A stretch of 64,000 nt of DNA from a virus (lineage: Duplodnaviria > Caudoviricetes), in the IMG/VR virus record IMGVR_UViG_3300005973_000002, one strand, 5' to 3'. Each line of letters begins with the position of its first letter. The stretch's first letter is position 1. The position numbers and the translations under genes were made by a program. A model generated the notes under the pieces. It was not told the DNA's origin and did not search any database. It saw only the letters and a program-made list of their open reading frames with translations. Shown piece by piece: positions 9,681 to 18,871 of the stretch.

Positions 9681-9817
9681 TCGAGAAGGTAGGGATCGAA
9701 CCTACTATCATCCGTTGGATACGGAAGTCAAGAACATACATGTTCACACAATTATGAGTCATGTAGCACTTGTGGCATCCTTCACTGGGACCGCTTTTCC
9801 AGTAAGCTATCTTCTCG
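9681..9817 (-). ncRNA. tRNA-like RNA with a large internal expansion (137 nt)
   Basis: Acceptor CGAGAAG/CTTCTCG, D arm GCTT-ACTGGAA-AAGC and T arm GTAGG-TTCGATC-CCTAC, with about 85 nt between the D and T arms. Confidence 0.65.
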
Positions 9818-9818
9818 T

Positions 9819-9905
9819 TGGTGGAAGGTTGAGGTGTCGATCCCCACAGCCGAAGCTGCGCACTGTTTTCAAGACAGGCCCCGGAGCCGTCCGGGTTAAC
9901 CTTCC
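9819..9905 (-). tRNA. tRNA-Ser(UGA)
   Basis: CTTGAAA loop, long variable arm, CCA. Confidence 0.88.
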
Positions 9906-10602
9906 AAAATTATCATTGACATGTATCATATCAGTCGTTTATATTCTTACAAACTCTATTACTCGCCTTCTGTAGGTTTGCTTACTTCAAGATTTACTTC
10001 TGCTAAAACTTGTTCAAGGCCCACTTGGTCAGTCTCTTCTTCACCTTTTTTAGTAAGGTTATCACACATAGTTTTGTGATGACATTTCAAACCCTTGTTG
10101 GCTGATACATGAATGATAAGTTGTTTTTGTTGTCAACAAAAACAACCAAGTAGTTACGCAGACCGTGTCTAGAATTATTTACCCATCCATCTTTCTGTTA
10201 GCACCCTCAACCAGCATGCCAAAACTTTCTCGTTCGTTGTTGAATGCTCACAAATCAACGACGTTGCTAAAAGCCCCAAACTAATAAATTAAAAGACGAA
10301 CAGCTTTCTGCTTCTAAAATAGAAACACATCACCTGCTCCACCGAATTGGCGGATAAAGCCTAACGCATAATTCCAACCAGCTTCGTTGGCCTGAAAGAG
10401 TGACACAGAATATCGATTATCTGTGACTTCATCCTCCCAAACCCATCGTATTTCTTTTTTTATTTCAAAAATCTTGCGAAGTTGAACATAGTCAACGTGG
10501 TTTCTATAAACCAATATAATGTTTTTAGTTCTAATAGCAAGAAGTGAACCAAAGATAGCAAATTGCTTTATTTCTTTGTCTTCTGTTAAAAACTTGATTG
10601 CA

Positions 10603-10890
10603 TCAAGTGATGTTTGAGAATGGCCTTGGTTCTCCAGAGATTTTAACTTCACAAGTATGTCCTCGGAAGATTTTGGGGAGTTGCTCGCCAACTTCTTTAT
10701 TTTTGACATAGAAAAAAATCCTATCAGTTCCAATTCCAACAGCTCTAACTCCAGTTGATTCGCCATTCTCTTGTTCTACAAACTGTTCAGAAGCAAGTTT
10801 GGCAGCCTCACGTAAAGGAAGTTCCTCATTGCTGGGATGGGAGTATGGATCAATGTATTTTGTTTGTTTGGTCATCTCTTTCTTACTCAA
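10603..10890 (-). CDS. Hypothetical protein
   Basis: 95-aa ORF with globular composition. Confidence 0.5.
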   Translation of the reverse strand: MSKKEMTKQTKYIDPYSHPSNEELPLREAAKLASEQFVEQENGESTGVRAVGIGTDRIFFYVKNKEVGEQLPKIFRGHTCEVKISGEPRPFSNIT

Positions 10891-10929
10891 TCATAACGCT
10901 TTATGTGCATCAGTTTACCACATGCCTGG

Positions 10930-12795
10930 CTATTCTTCAAGCCTTTTTTCAAAGGCCATACAAGCTTCTCCGTAATCCTTGAGAAGTTTGTCAAAATCTT
11001 CAAAACTAATATATGCACGACCATTTTTGCCCCAGCTGTTTCCAGACCAAACAGCTTTACCATTTCGTCTCACAAAAACAATCTGATTTGGAACACTGAC
11101 ACAGTAAACCTTTCCCTTGTATTGTTCTTTCTGTGGCACCCAACCACAACCAGGACTTGGTGTCCTTTGTATTTCTTTAATACCAACTCTATATTCAACA
11201 AAACGAGTTGTTCCTGATTTGTTTTTTCGACCTACTCTATCAACAAAAGAAACATCGCCACAACGTCCTGTTTTTAAGCACAACTCTTGAAAATCGTCAG
11301 CCAATTTTTTTGAGGAAGTGTAATATGTTCTTTTAATGCTTCCGTTTTTTCCTTCTTTAATAGAGCCATCGCCCAACATCAGTGCCTGATACAATACCTC
11401 TAATTTTGCGGCCGAAAGCGCTTTAATGTTTGCTAGAATGTACTTTTCATGTGATTTTCCGAAATCAATCAAATACTCGTACAATTCTTTGGAGGCGCAG
11501 GTCCATGTGCCACTTTTTTCATTTCTACAAAAATTGAAAGGAAGCCTGCGCAAACATTGTTCAATTTTTTCAATATTTGCCCTACTTTTAGTTTGCGATA
11601 TTGAGGTAATAAATTGCTGTTCGACAACTGCCTTGTTATACGTGGTCGTTTCGACGAATTCCTTTTCGTCTTGACCGAGTAAATACCTACCAGTTGTTAC
11701 GCTTCGTCCAGGTTTGGTTATGAATCGTTCATGTTTTACACGTTTTATTCGAGGTTTGCGTATAAAGGTATTTTTACTGCAATGCCCTTCAGAAAGAAAA
11801 TACCCGAGAAATTCTAACCAGTCCTCTGTCGGTACAACCTTCTTTCCCACTCTAAAGGTGGGAATGTCCTCGCCCTGCCAAAGTGCGTCTTTTTTCATGT
11901 GAAAAAACTTAATTGGTATTTTTCTGGCTTCCTCTAATTGCCAAACTTCTGAGCTTCTTGGCTTGTAATAAATCCTATGATTTGGTGTAATAGCCAAATC
12001 AACGTCACGTGATTTGTAGTTTCACATTTCTCCGACGTAAGGATAGCAGTGATGCTCACTAGGAATTTGGAATTCAAGTTGCTCAGTTTGACTGTTTAGA
12101 GTAGCAACTTTGTCGGACACACATAAATTTCTAAAAAGCTTCCATCCACTTTCTGTAAGTATTTCCGTTTGATCATCGAAACAACGTCCCCAAGAATTCT
12201 TAATCCTGAAGCGCTGCTTTTTTACATTAACACCAGTGATAACATATGCATGGCCACCAGCTTTATGACCCGTCGCTTTAATAAGTCCATTTTTATCGGG
12301 ATAAAACATATCTGAATACCACCAAGTGCCTACAACCATTGGACCAAGGTGCAACACCGTTTGGACAACTTCATCTAAGGTAGATGCCCATCTAAACTCT
12401 GAAACAACACCTAATTGTCGAAGAATTTTGGCACCTGCTCTAACGCTCGTACCATCATAATCCTCACCTACCCATTCGTCAATTTTTTGAGCTTCGTTGT
12501 AAATGCTCGCCGGGTTGAAAAGAGGCTGATGTTTTTCATGACGAGATTCATTAAGGTAGGAAGGATCAAAGTCACGATTCTTGTAGAAATGCGTAATTGG
12601 ACCATCTTCCAACCAATGCACCCAAGAAAATGCAACGCAATGTGGCAAATAACCTTGGTCACCCCACCAAGCAGAATCCCACCAGTAACGATATTCTCTC
12701 TCAGGGGCAGAACCTTTGGGAGGAAGTGCTTTGGAAATTGGATAATTTTTGTCCCGACTATCGGGAATGTGAACACGACCTAATGCATATTTCAT
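10930..12795 (-). CDS. Papain-like (C1) cysteine peptidase with intein; in-frame TGA at 12022-12024
   Basis: GDQG..PHCVAF (Cys), GGHAY (His), KNSWGR|intein|SWGKNG. The two track ORFs are in the same frame, separated by one TGA. Confidence 0.8.
11038..12183 (-). mobile_element. Intein with LAGLIDADG homing endonuclease
   Basis: Starts CFDDQTEILT; TPNH block; FLGYFLSEG and ALMLGDGS motifs; ends VYCVSV..VFVRRNGKAVWSGN followed by Ser. Confidence 0.9.
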
Positions 12796-12829
12796 AATGA
12801 TCTCAAAAATATTTAGGTCGCCGAATGGA

Positions 12830-13270
12830 TTAGAACTTTCTTGTGAACTCATCCACCTTGTTATTAAGCCAAGCTTGCCTTGTATTAGTTTTTTGGTGGC
12901 CTTTCACATGTCTTATCTTTATCAAACAATCCTGAGAGTCCAGCAACTCATAAAGAATTGCACGAATTTTCAACCAATCATTTCTTTTGAGACCTTCGAC
13001 ACCATTGGGGCGATATTTCAAATAATGCATTGCAACTTGAGAATCAGTGCAGACAAGAACACCCTTTATCTCTTCATTGCGCCAAGTTTCAAATATTTCT
13101 ACAACACCAATGAGTATCGCTGCAATCTCAGCAGAGTTACTACATTTGACCCATTTAGGCAATTTTCCATGCTTGGTTATCCGGCCTCTATCACTTTTGG
13201 CCCAAAATCCCCATCCGCCTTCCTTTGTTTCAGGAAACCAGCTCGCATCCGTATAAATGGTGACCCACAT
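12830..13270 (-). CDS. rnhA: Ribonuclease HI
   Basis: IYTDAS, NSAEIAA, CTDSQ, HVKGH, NNKVD. Confidence 0.88.
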   Translation of the reverse strand: MWVTIYTDASWFPETKEGGWGFWAKSDRGRITKHGKLPKWVKCSNSAEIAAILIGVVEIFETWRNEEIKGVLVCTDSQVAMHYLKYRPNGVEGLKRNDWLKIRAILYELLDSQDCLIKIRHVKGHQKTNTRQAWLNNKVDEFTRKF

Positions 13271-13271
13271 G

Positions 13272-13778
13272 TTATCTTTCGTTAAATAAGTAGAGGACTG
13301 CTGCCCAGCCACTATCCAACAATTGAGGAGGTTCATCCCGATCCGTCAATTTATCACCATGTTTGACAATTAAATCCAAAAAAAGTTTTGCATGAAGCAT
13401 TGCTTCTATTTGTGGGCGAGTGTGCTTGAGCCAATCTGAATTATGTGAGAGATCAAAATCATGTCCAGTACCAGCTTTAACGATCTCACGAAACCAATGA
13501 TTAAGTTCCCACTCATCACCAGCAATCTTTTCGAAGAAATTGACCAAACGTTGTGTTAGCTCTTGTGAGCGATATGTTTTAAAACTGCAATGGTAGAAAC
13601 GATAAAACATATCGGCAACACCCCAATCGTCATCAAGATCAGCCTGAAGTTTTTTCGCCTCATCTAGATGTTCTTTGATTTGCTGGAAGAATCGACGGTG
13701 TTTTTCTTCACGTGCTTGTTGTTCCTGGCGAATCTTTTCTCTGCGCTCATTGAGCTTTAACTCTTTGTCTTCGGTCAT
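13272..13778 (-). CDS. Hypothetical protein
   Basis: 168-aa ORF in the operon. Confidence 0.6.
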   Translation of the reverse strand: MTEDKELKLNERREKIRQEQQAREEKHRRFFQQIKEHLDEAKKLQADLDDDWGVADMFYRFYHCSFKTYRSQELTQRLVNFFEKIAGDEWELNHWFREIVKAGTGHDFDLSHNSDWLKHTRPQIEAMLHAKLFLDLIVKHGDKLTDRDEPPQLLDSGWAAVLYLFNER

Positions 13779-13779
13779 C

Positions 13780-14271
13780 TTAAACTCTGCACAAATCTTT
13801 AACTTGTTGTATCACTTCATCCATAGAAACTGCAACCGTTCTACGTGGAAATTGTTTGTTAAATTTATATGCCAAATATCGGCACTTTTCAGCACCAGGG
13901 GGGTAACCTAAAATTATTTTTCTTTTTTTATCTAACCACCAACCGAATTCAACATTCGTTGTAAATCCAGGCATGCCACCTTCAATGTCCCTAGGAATCC
14001 AAAATATTAAAATATCAGAATACCTAATGGCTTCTTCTTCCCAATCTACTTGATCTAAGTAATTTTTGTTCCAAATGCCATTTCGTGGTTCTGGAATAAG
14101 AACTTCAGTGACCATCGAACTCCTCAAGTCCTTGAGCTTTAAAAGCATTTCAGGTCGCCAAGATGGTAATGGAGTATCGGCCCTTGGGGTGGGACCGGCT
14201 AAAAATACAGATTGTCCAATCTTGAGACCCTTGTGTTTAGGCAGCGGCTCCTGTGCATATATGAGTTTCAT
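13780..14271 (-). CDS. Nucleoside 2-deoxyribosyltransferase-like protein
   Basis: VFLAGPTPR..SWR, QVDWEEEA, FWIPRD, TTNVEFG. Confidence 0.8.
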   Translation of the reverse strand: MKLIYAQEPLPKHKGLKIGQSVFLAGPTPRADTPLPSWRPEMLLKLKDLRSSMVTEVLIPEPRNGIWNKNYLDQVDWEEEAIRYSDILIFWIPRDIEGGMPGFTTNVEFGWWLDKKRKIILGYPPGAEKCRYLAYKFNKQFPRRTVAVSMDEVIQQVKDLCRV

Positions 14272-14315
14272 TTTCTACCCTTAGAATTGTTTTCTACTGC
14301 CTTATGAACATAAAG

Positions 14316-14708
14316 TCAAAGACAAATATTACCCCAAGGGATTGTACTGCCAGCGCAATAACCAGAACATCCTATTGCGGTTGAGTATGCTCTGCCCGAG
14401 CAACATCCCGTTGCGGTTCTAATTTGACCCTCATATGCAGGACCCCAACAACCGCAACTTAGAATAACTGCTCCAGGTGGACGGCAAGATGGCGGTGGAG
14501 GTGTTGTACCAGCATCTACTGATGGAGGTGTTGTACTGCAAGTGCAACCGCCCCAACGCTCACCATCATACGAGCAAGTTTGAGAACCAGATTCACCATT
14601 TGGGCAAACGCAAGTCTTTGTGTCACCAGGATCACAAACTCGTTCTCCTCCACTACATTCAACTCCCATGAGTAGTGCAGCTGCCATAACAATACCAATC
14701 ATTCTCAT
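14316..14708 (-). CDS. Cys-rich secreted protein or lipoprotein
   Basis: Signal peptide ending VEC; CDPGDTKTCVCPNGESGSQTC..WGGCTC repeat type. Confidence 0.7.
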   Translation of the reverse strand: MRMIGIVMAAALLMGVECSGGERVCDPGDTKTCVCPNGESGSQTCSYDGERWGGCTCSTTPPSVDAGTTPPPPSCRPPGAVILSCGCWGPAYEGQIRTATGCCSGRAYSTAIGCSGYCAGSTIPWGNICL

Positions 14709-14727
14709 TTCATAATTCTTTTTAGGT

Positions 14728-14803
14728 TGGAGCTAGCGAGGGGAGTCGAACCCCTAGCCTCAGCTTTACAAGAGCCGTGCTCTACCAATTGAGCTACGCT
14801 AGC
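14728..14803 (-). tRNA. tRNA-Thr(UGU)
   Basis: Canonical cloverleaf with CCA. Confidence 0.93.
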
Positions 14804-15102
14804 TTATTGTGGTTTATAAATTGCTCCCACGAAATTCCATATTCGGCAAGCATTGGGGTTAATACTTCTTCAACAGTTGGGTGATATGGAACTTTAATAG
14901 TTGAGCTAAAACTTATAGTCCAACAACAGTCTTCCAAATCACCATTGTGCCTATTTTGAGCTTCTATAAGAATATGTTCTCTTGCTATATCCATAGAAAC
15001 CCCTGCGGTTTCGGACCAAATATAGGTCGCAACAATCGCATGATCAAGAGCTTGTGTCCAATGCTTATACATCTTTTCCTGTTCTGATGACAGAGTTGCC
15101 AC
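14794..15102 (-). CDS. Hypothetical protein
   Basis: 102-aa ORF. Confidence 0.45.
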   Translation of the reverse strand: MATLSSEQEKMYKHWTQALDHAIVATYIWSETAGVSMDIAREHILIEAQNRHNGDLEDCCWTISFSSTIKVPYHPTVEEVLTPMLAEYGISWEQFINHNKLA

Positions 15103-15322
15103 CCCATTTTGATTGTTTGGTCAGTTTCTTCTTTTTTACCCGTCCATTTGGACATATGCAATAAGCTACAACGCCAATATCCTTACCATTCCAAGAAGCA
15201 TTCTGTGTTGTATTGACAATGCCTGAGTTGGCACAAAGGCCACACATGGGTATTTTACACTCAAGGTGATCAGCATAAGCATATACCGTGAATTCTTCCC
15301 ATGCATCTATAGGTTTTCCCAT
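15065..15322 (-). CDS. Hypothetical Cys-motif (Zn-binding?) protein
   Basis: CGLCANSG...YCICPNG. Confidence 0.5.
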   Translation of the reverse strand: MGKPIDAWEEFTVYAYADHLECKIPMCGLCANSGIVNTTQNASWNGKDIGVVAYCICPNGRVKKKKLTKQSKWGGNSVIRTGKDV

Positions 15323-15569
15323 CAAAGTCTCCTTGGTTGCGGGGTTGTGTTGCACCAGACATGAGCAAGATTATGAGCTTTGCTTGAGACTGAGTCTCTC
15401 CTCCCCGCCATAACTTTTAATCAAATTTATGGGTGATCCAGATCGAATTTAAACCGTTGACGTGAAATTTTTCAAAATACATCCACCTGTCAGCAATGAC
15501 TCCAAGGCGCTAGCCTGGTTTCTCGAAGACCTGCATGCTGGTACAGGCAGCCTTCCTTGGAATCATAAC

Positions 15570-15851
15570 CTATGCAGATTTTCTTTTAACTTGTTTTATC
15601 TTTTTTTCTACCCGACGAATTGCTTCTCGCCACAAAGGATGAATTTGTTTAGATTCATGAATTTCCTTTAAAAGGTTGCCTTCCTCATCTTTAAAGGCGT
15701 AAACTTTTCCTTCCTTAGTAACTTGACGATCAACTGATTTCACACGTCTAAGCAGTTCTGTGATCATTTGTGTTACTTCTTCTGGCGTCAACTGAGCTTC
15801 TTTTGGAGCTAAGAATCTAATTCTTCTTGTAAGAGTTATCTTCGGTTCCAT
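15570..15851 (-). CDS. Hypothetical protein
   Basis: 93-aa ORF with ATATTTA motif upstream. Confidence 0.5.
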   Translation of the reverse strand: MEPKITLTRRIRFLAPKEAQLTPEEVTQMITELLRRVKSVDRQVTKEGKVYAFKDEEGNLLKEIHESKQIHPLWREAIRRVEKKIKQVKRKSA

Positions 15852-15874
15852 CTAAGTAAATATCTTTGTTGATG

Positions 15875-16264
15875 TTATCTGCCGTGTCTGCGGTTACCCC
15901 TGCGTCGACCATTAAAACTTTCATCACAGTCCTCATCAACGTCTTCATCGAAGTCTTCGTCAACGTCTTCATCACAATCAAATCCAGCATCAAAACCCGA
16001 ATCAAAGTGTTCGTCAAATCCAGAATCAGATAAAAGTTCTGAACCGCCATCATTCTCATTATTTGAGGCATCTAAAATTTTTGTTCCAGAGTCAGCAGAG
16101 CTGATACTTGCATCAGTATAGATGCTTGCATCAAAGCTGTATCCAGCATCTTCTACTTGCAAGTTTGCATCTTCAAAATCTGTAGATGCAATTTCTCCAG
16201 AACAACTATCACTGCAACCTACAAGCAGAATAGCTATTGTATAACCATATGCATAATACTTCAT
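15875..16264 (-). CDS. Acidic low-complexity lipoprotein
   Basis: Lipobox LLVGC; DAG/DSG and DEDVDEDF repeats. Confidence 0.65.
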   Translation of the reverse strand: MKYYAYGYTIAILLVGCSDSCSGEIASTDFEDANLQVEDAGYSFDASIYTDASISSADSGTKILDASNNENDGGSELLSDSGFDEHFDSGFDAGFDCDEDVDEDFDEDVDEDCDESFNGRRRGNRRHGR

Positions 16265-16358
16265 TATATGACCTTTCGAGAAAAGTATATTCTGTCTAAC
16301 ATTTTTAATTTGTCTGAAATTACAATCCACATAACACACTATTGAATTGCTTCTCCCC

Positions 16359-16598
16359 TTATTGAGACAATTGTTCATCAAGACGATGATGAGAAATTAC
16401 ACGTTCCACGTGAACCTTTTCCCCAAATTTCTCTTTAATATTGAAGATTGCATCTTCTGCTGCTTCGACATGAAGCACATTTTTTCCTACGCCAGTTAGT
16501 TCAACGTTTGAAGCAGGGGTCAAAAAATCAACGATTTCTGTGATCACCACCGTATTTCTAAATTCTGGTTTTATTGCAATAGTGTACGTATTATTCAT
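16359..16598 (-). CDS. Hypothetical protein
   Basis: ORF starting after the tRNA-Arg 3' end. Confidence 0.5.
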   Translation of the reverse strand: MNNTYTIAIKPEFRNTVVITEIVDFLTPASNVELTGVGKNVLHVEAAEDAIFNIKEKFGEKVHVERVISHHRLDEQLSQ

Positions 16599-16613
16599 TG
16601 TGAGTTTCCTTAG

Positions 16614-16685
16614 CATCCCCGGAGAGACTCGAACTCCCAACCACCTGGTTCGAAGCCAGGTGCTCTTCCTTTGAGCTACGGGGAC
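16614..16685 (-). tRNA. tRNA-Arg(UCG)
   Basis: CCTGG-CTTCGAA-CCAGG; followed by CTAA. Confidence 0.9.
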
Positions 16686-16690
16686 AAATG

Positions 16691-16772
16691 AGCACCGAAC
16701 AGGATTCGAACCTGCAAACTTTGACCTAATTTCTCAAATCTCTGGACTTTACCAATTAAGCCTATACGGTGA
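16691..16772 (-). pseudogene. Degenerate tRNA-like element
   Basis: Good D and T arms, mismatched acceptor, poorly paired anticodon arm (possible TTGAGAA loop). Confidence 0.5.
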
Positions 16773-16777
16773 TTCAG

Positions 16778-16849
16778 CAGGCCGGGTAGGGGTCGAACCT
16801 ACATCTTCTCGTTTTGGAGACGAGCATTTTTCCATTAAACTACCGACCT
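16778..16849 (-). tRNA. tRNA-Trp(CCA)
   Basis: CTCGT-CTCCAAA-ACGAG. Confidence 0.9.
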
Positions 16850-16860
16850 ATTTTTTGCTT

Positions 16861-17268
16861 TCAGAGTAATTTTTCTTTAATGCAGTTAAGTAAATCTTTT
16901 CCTTGTTGCTCAACTTCTTTCGAAAGAACTTTAGAATTTTCTGGTCGATGTCTGTGATCGAACCTTTTTGTTAGTTCCCAATAATAGTCCCTATCTTTCG
17001 GAGCATGTTGCTTTTGATATTGTTGTATTGTTTGATACTGTTGCATTATCTTCACGAGATCTACAGTAGCCTCATTCGTTATTGACTTCGGAACTAAATT
17101 GATAATTGCGTCTTGTACAAATTTGGCAGCAGATGAAGCACTATCGGCAGCAGCGGGTATTTCTAAAGTTGTTGGTATCACTTCCTCATTCCCATTTTCG
17201 TCAACTTCAATAACTGCCGTCAAGATACGAATCTTGTATGTCTTGCCGTTTTTACTCTTTTTCTTCAT
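16861..17268 (-). CDS. Hypothetical protein
   Basis: 135-aa ORF. Confidence 0.55.
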   Translation of the reverse strand: MKKKSKNGKTYKIRILTAVIEVDENGNEEVIPTTLEIPAAADSASSAAKFVQDAIINLVPKSITNEATVDLVKIMQQYQTIQQYQKQHAPKDRDYYWELTKRFDHRHRPENSKVLSKEVEQQGKDLLNCIKEKLL

Positions 17269-17701
17269 ACGTTTTTTCCATCATCACTTTAATAGGCTGT
17301 TCCTCAGATATAACTTCATCCTTGGTGTGTCTAACAGTACCATCAGAAAGAATTATATACACAACACCTGGCTTTTTCCACATGTACTTGATTGTTTCCC
17401 AGGTGCCAGAACCTTTTTGTAAAAGTTTGTCAGTTGGAGGCAATCCAATCAAAACATCAGAAACTTCTACCAAATACCGATTTCTAGCCATATGCCCTAA
17501 GTTGTATGGGGTTACGCCCGTAGAAGCTCCCAGGTCCGCCGCTAAAGCTCTAAACATTTTGTCGGCACCTTCGCCATCATTGTGAATACATAACAGCTTG
17601 TGGTTTTTTAGAAAATGAACAAGAAGCTCTTTGAGTTTTTCGATTTGAGCTTCTGTAAAACCTTCTCGTCTGCCAGTAAAACCTACCACTAATCCTTCCA
17701 T
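17252..17701 (-). CDS. SLOG/DprA-like nucleotide-binding protein
   Basis: VGFTGRR, HNDGEGAD, ARNRYLV..SDVLI, GSGTWETI. Confidence 0.7.
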   Translation of the reverse strand: MEGLVVGFTGRREGFTEAQIEKLKELLVHFLKNHKLLCIHNDGEGADKMFRALAADLGASTGVTPYNLGHMARNRYLVEVSDVLIGLPPTDKLLQKGSGTWETIKYMWKKPGVVYIILSDGTVRHTKDEVISEEQPIKVMMEKTYEEKE

Positions 17702-17731
17702 TGGAACACCTTGCAACAAATAGTAATTTAG

Positions 17732-17856
17732 CGGTATCCACAGGAATCGAACCTGTCTTGTGAGTTGCCTCGTCAGGCACCGGTAGCGGTCCCACAATGT
17801 CTCCCAGCACGGCCGTAGCCATGAAAGCGCAATGTTAGCGCTTATTGACGAATACC
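17732..17856 (-). ncRNA. tRNA-like RNA with a large internal expansion (125 nt)
   Basis: Acceptor GGTATTC/GGATACC, G73, T arm ACAGG-TTCGATT-CCTGT, D-like CAAT/ATTG stem, branched insert. Confidence 0.65.
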
Positions 17857-17861
17857 ATATT

Positions 17862-17955
17862 TGGTAGGGCTAGAGGGGCTCGAACCCCCATCTCAGGTTT
17901 ATCAGACCTTAAGCCGGTTATAAACCGGTTGCATTCACCATTATGCTATAGCCCC
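17862..17955 (-). tRNA. tRNA-Ile with two anticodon arms (UAU and GAU)
   Basis: ACCGG-TTTATAA-CCGGC followed by AAGGT-CTGATAA-ACCTG; normal acceptor, D and T arms and CCA. Confidence 0.85.
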
Positions 17956-18129
17956 AAATTTTGTCTGTAAAGGTACCGTTACCTTCAATACCTACCCGCA
18001 ATGGTAGGCCCCACGGGAACTTCCATCGCACGTATTATTCAAACCCAGCGTTTAGGCTGGTTGAATGAATAAACCCTTGAGTTCAGTCATTTTCGGTTAC
18101 AGACAAAGCTCGTAATCCATCGAGCTTAG

Positions 18130-18203
18130 TGGAGTCATCGGGATTCGAGCCCGATTCTTCGGTTTGCAAGACCGAGATTTTACCCAACATAAACTATGAC
18201 CCC
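18130..18203 (-). tRNA. tRNA-Ala(UGC)
   Basis: G3:U70; CTTGCAA loop. Confidence 0.9.
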
Positions 18204-18209
18204 ATTTTA

Positions 18210-18298
18210 CGACACAACGACCGGGATTCGAACCCGGACTAGGAGCCTACTAAACGCAAATGCTGGGCCCCTGTGCTCCCATTACACTATCGTGTGTC
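18210..18298 (-). ncRNA. tRNA-like RNA with an 18-nt anticodon loop and bulged acceptor
   Basis: AGGGGCC/GGCTCCT stem with loop CAGCATTTGCGTTTAGTA; T arm CCGGG-TTCGAAT-CCCGG. Confidence 0.6.
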
Positions 18299-18532
18299 GG
18301 CTTTCGCCGACTTACTTCAACAAGGATACTCACTTCACTACTCTGAAGGCGCCCGACTTCGTGTTCCGCTGCATTACTAACTTGCAAGCCTGTCCAGGCC
18401 CTTCCCCTGGCTCATGGTTTTTTAAGCCTTTGCGTTTGTTACTAACAAACTTTCATGCAGTATTGTGTCCGTTGGCGTTCCAACATTTCGATCCGTTTTC
18501 ACCTGATTATTTCAGAAGGTTACTCGCAAAAT

Positions 18533-18850
18533 TTATCTTATTCTACATCTGACATTGGACCAACCATTCACAAATGGATTCCATAGGTCATTTGTATAGA
18601 CGAAAACATATGCAACTCTTCCTGGGTATACAACGCCCCCAGCGTCTGACCAGAGACGATGCCCAGAACGAAGTTGGCCAATAACTCTGCCACGACAAAC
18701 AATCGGGCGATCAAGACCATTGTAAATGGCACCTACGACTCTTCCAGAAGTTACTTCAACTCGAACATTTGCTTGCCACCAAGCATAAGCAGTAGTAGTG
18801 ACAAAAAATAATAATAGTGCAGCAATTGCTGCTAATACAGCTTTTTTCAT
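18533..18850 (-). CDS. Small secreted protein
   Basis: Signal peptide ending AYA; two Cys. Confidence 0.6.
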   Translation of the reverse strand: MKKAVLAAIAALLLFFVTTTAYAWWQANVRVEVTSGRVVGAIYNGLDRPIVCRGRVIGQLRSGHRLWSDAGGVVYPGRVAYVFVYTNDLWNPFVNGWSNVRCRIR

Positions 18851-18871
18851 TATAGCCTCAATTTAGTTTAG

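Noticed and set aside
9975-10300. Possible coding region downstream of the 10314 ORF
   Set aside because: Coding-like segments are in different frames with several stops; probably a decayed gene with no assignable function
15930-16030. Short direct repeats that might suggest a CRISPR array
   Set aside because: In-frame coding repeats (DEDVDEDF, DSGFD) with no constant repeat and unique spacer pattern; no cas operon
17820-17826. Opal suppressor or Sec tRNA (UCA loop), ochre-like TTA loops at 19082 and 23324, and hence an alternative genetic code
   Set aside because: Stems are 2 bp or the acceptors are unpaired; TGA, TAG and TAA all end well-defined genes; only one in-frame TGA was found
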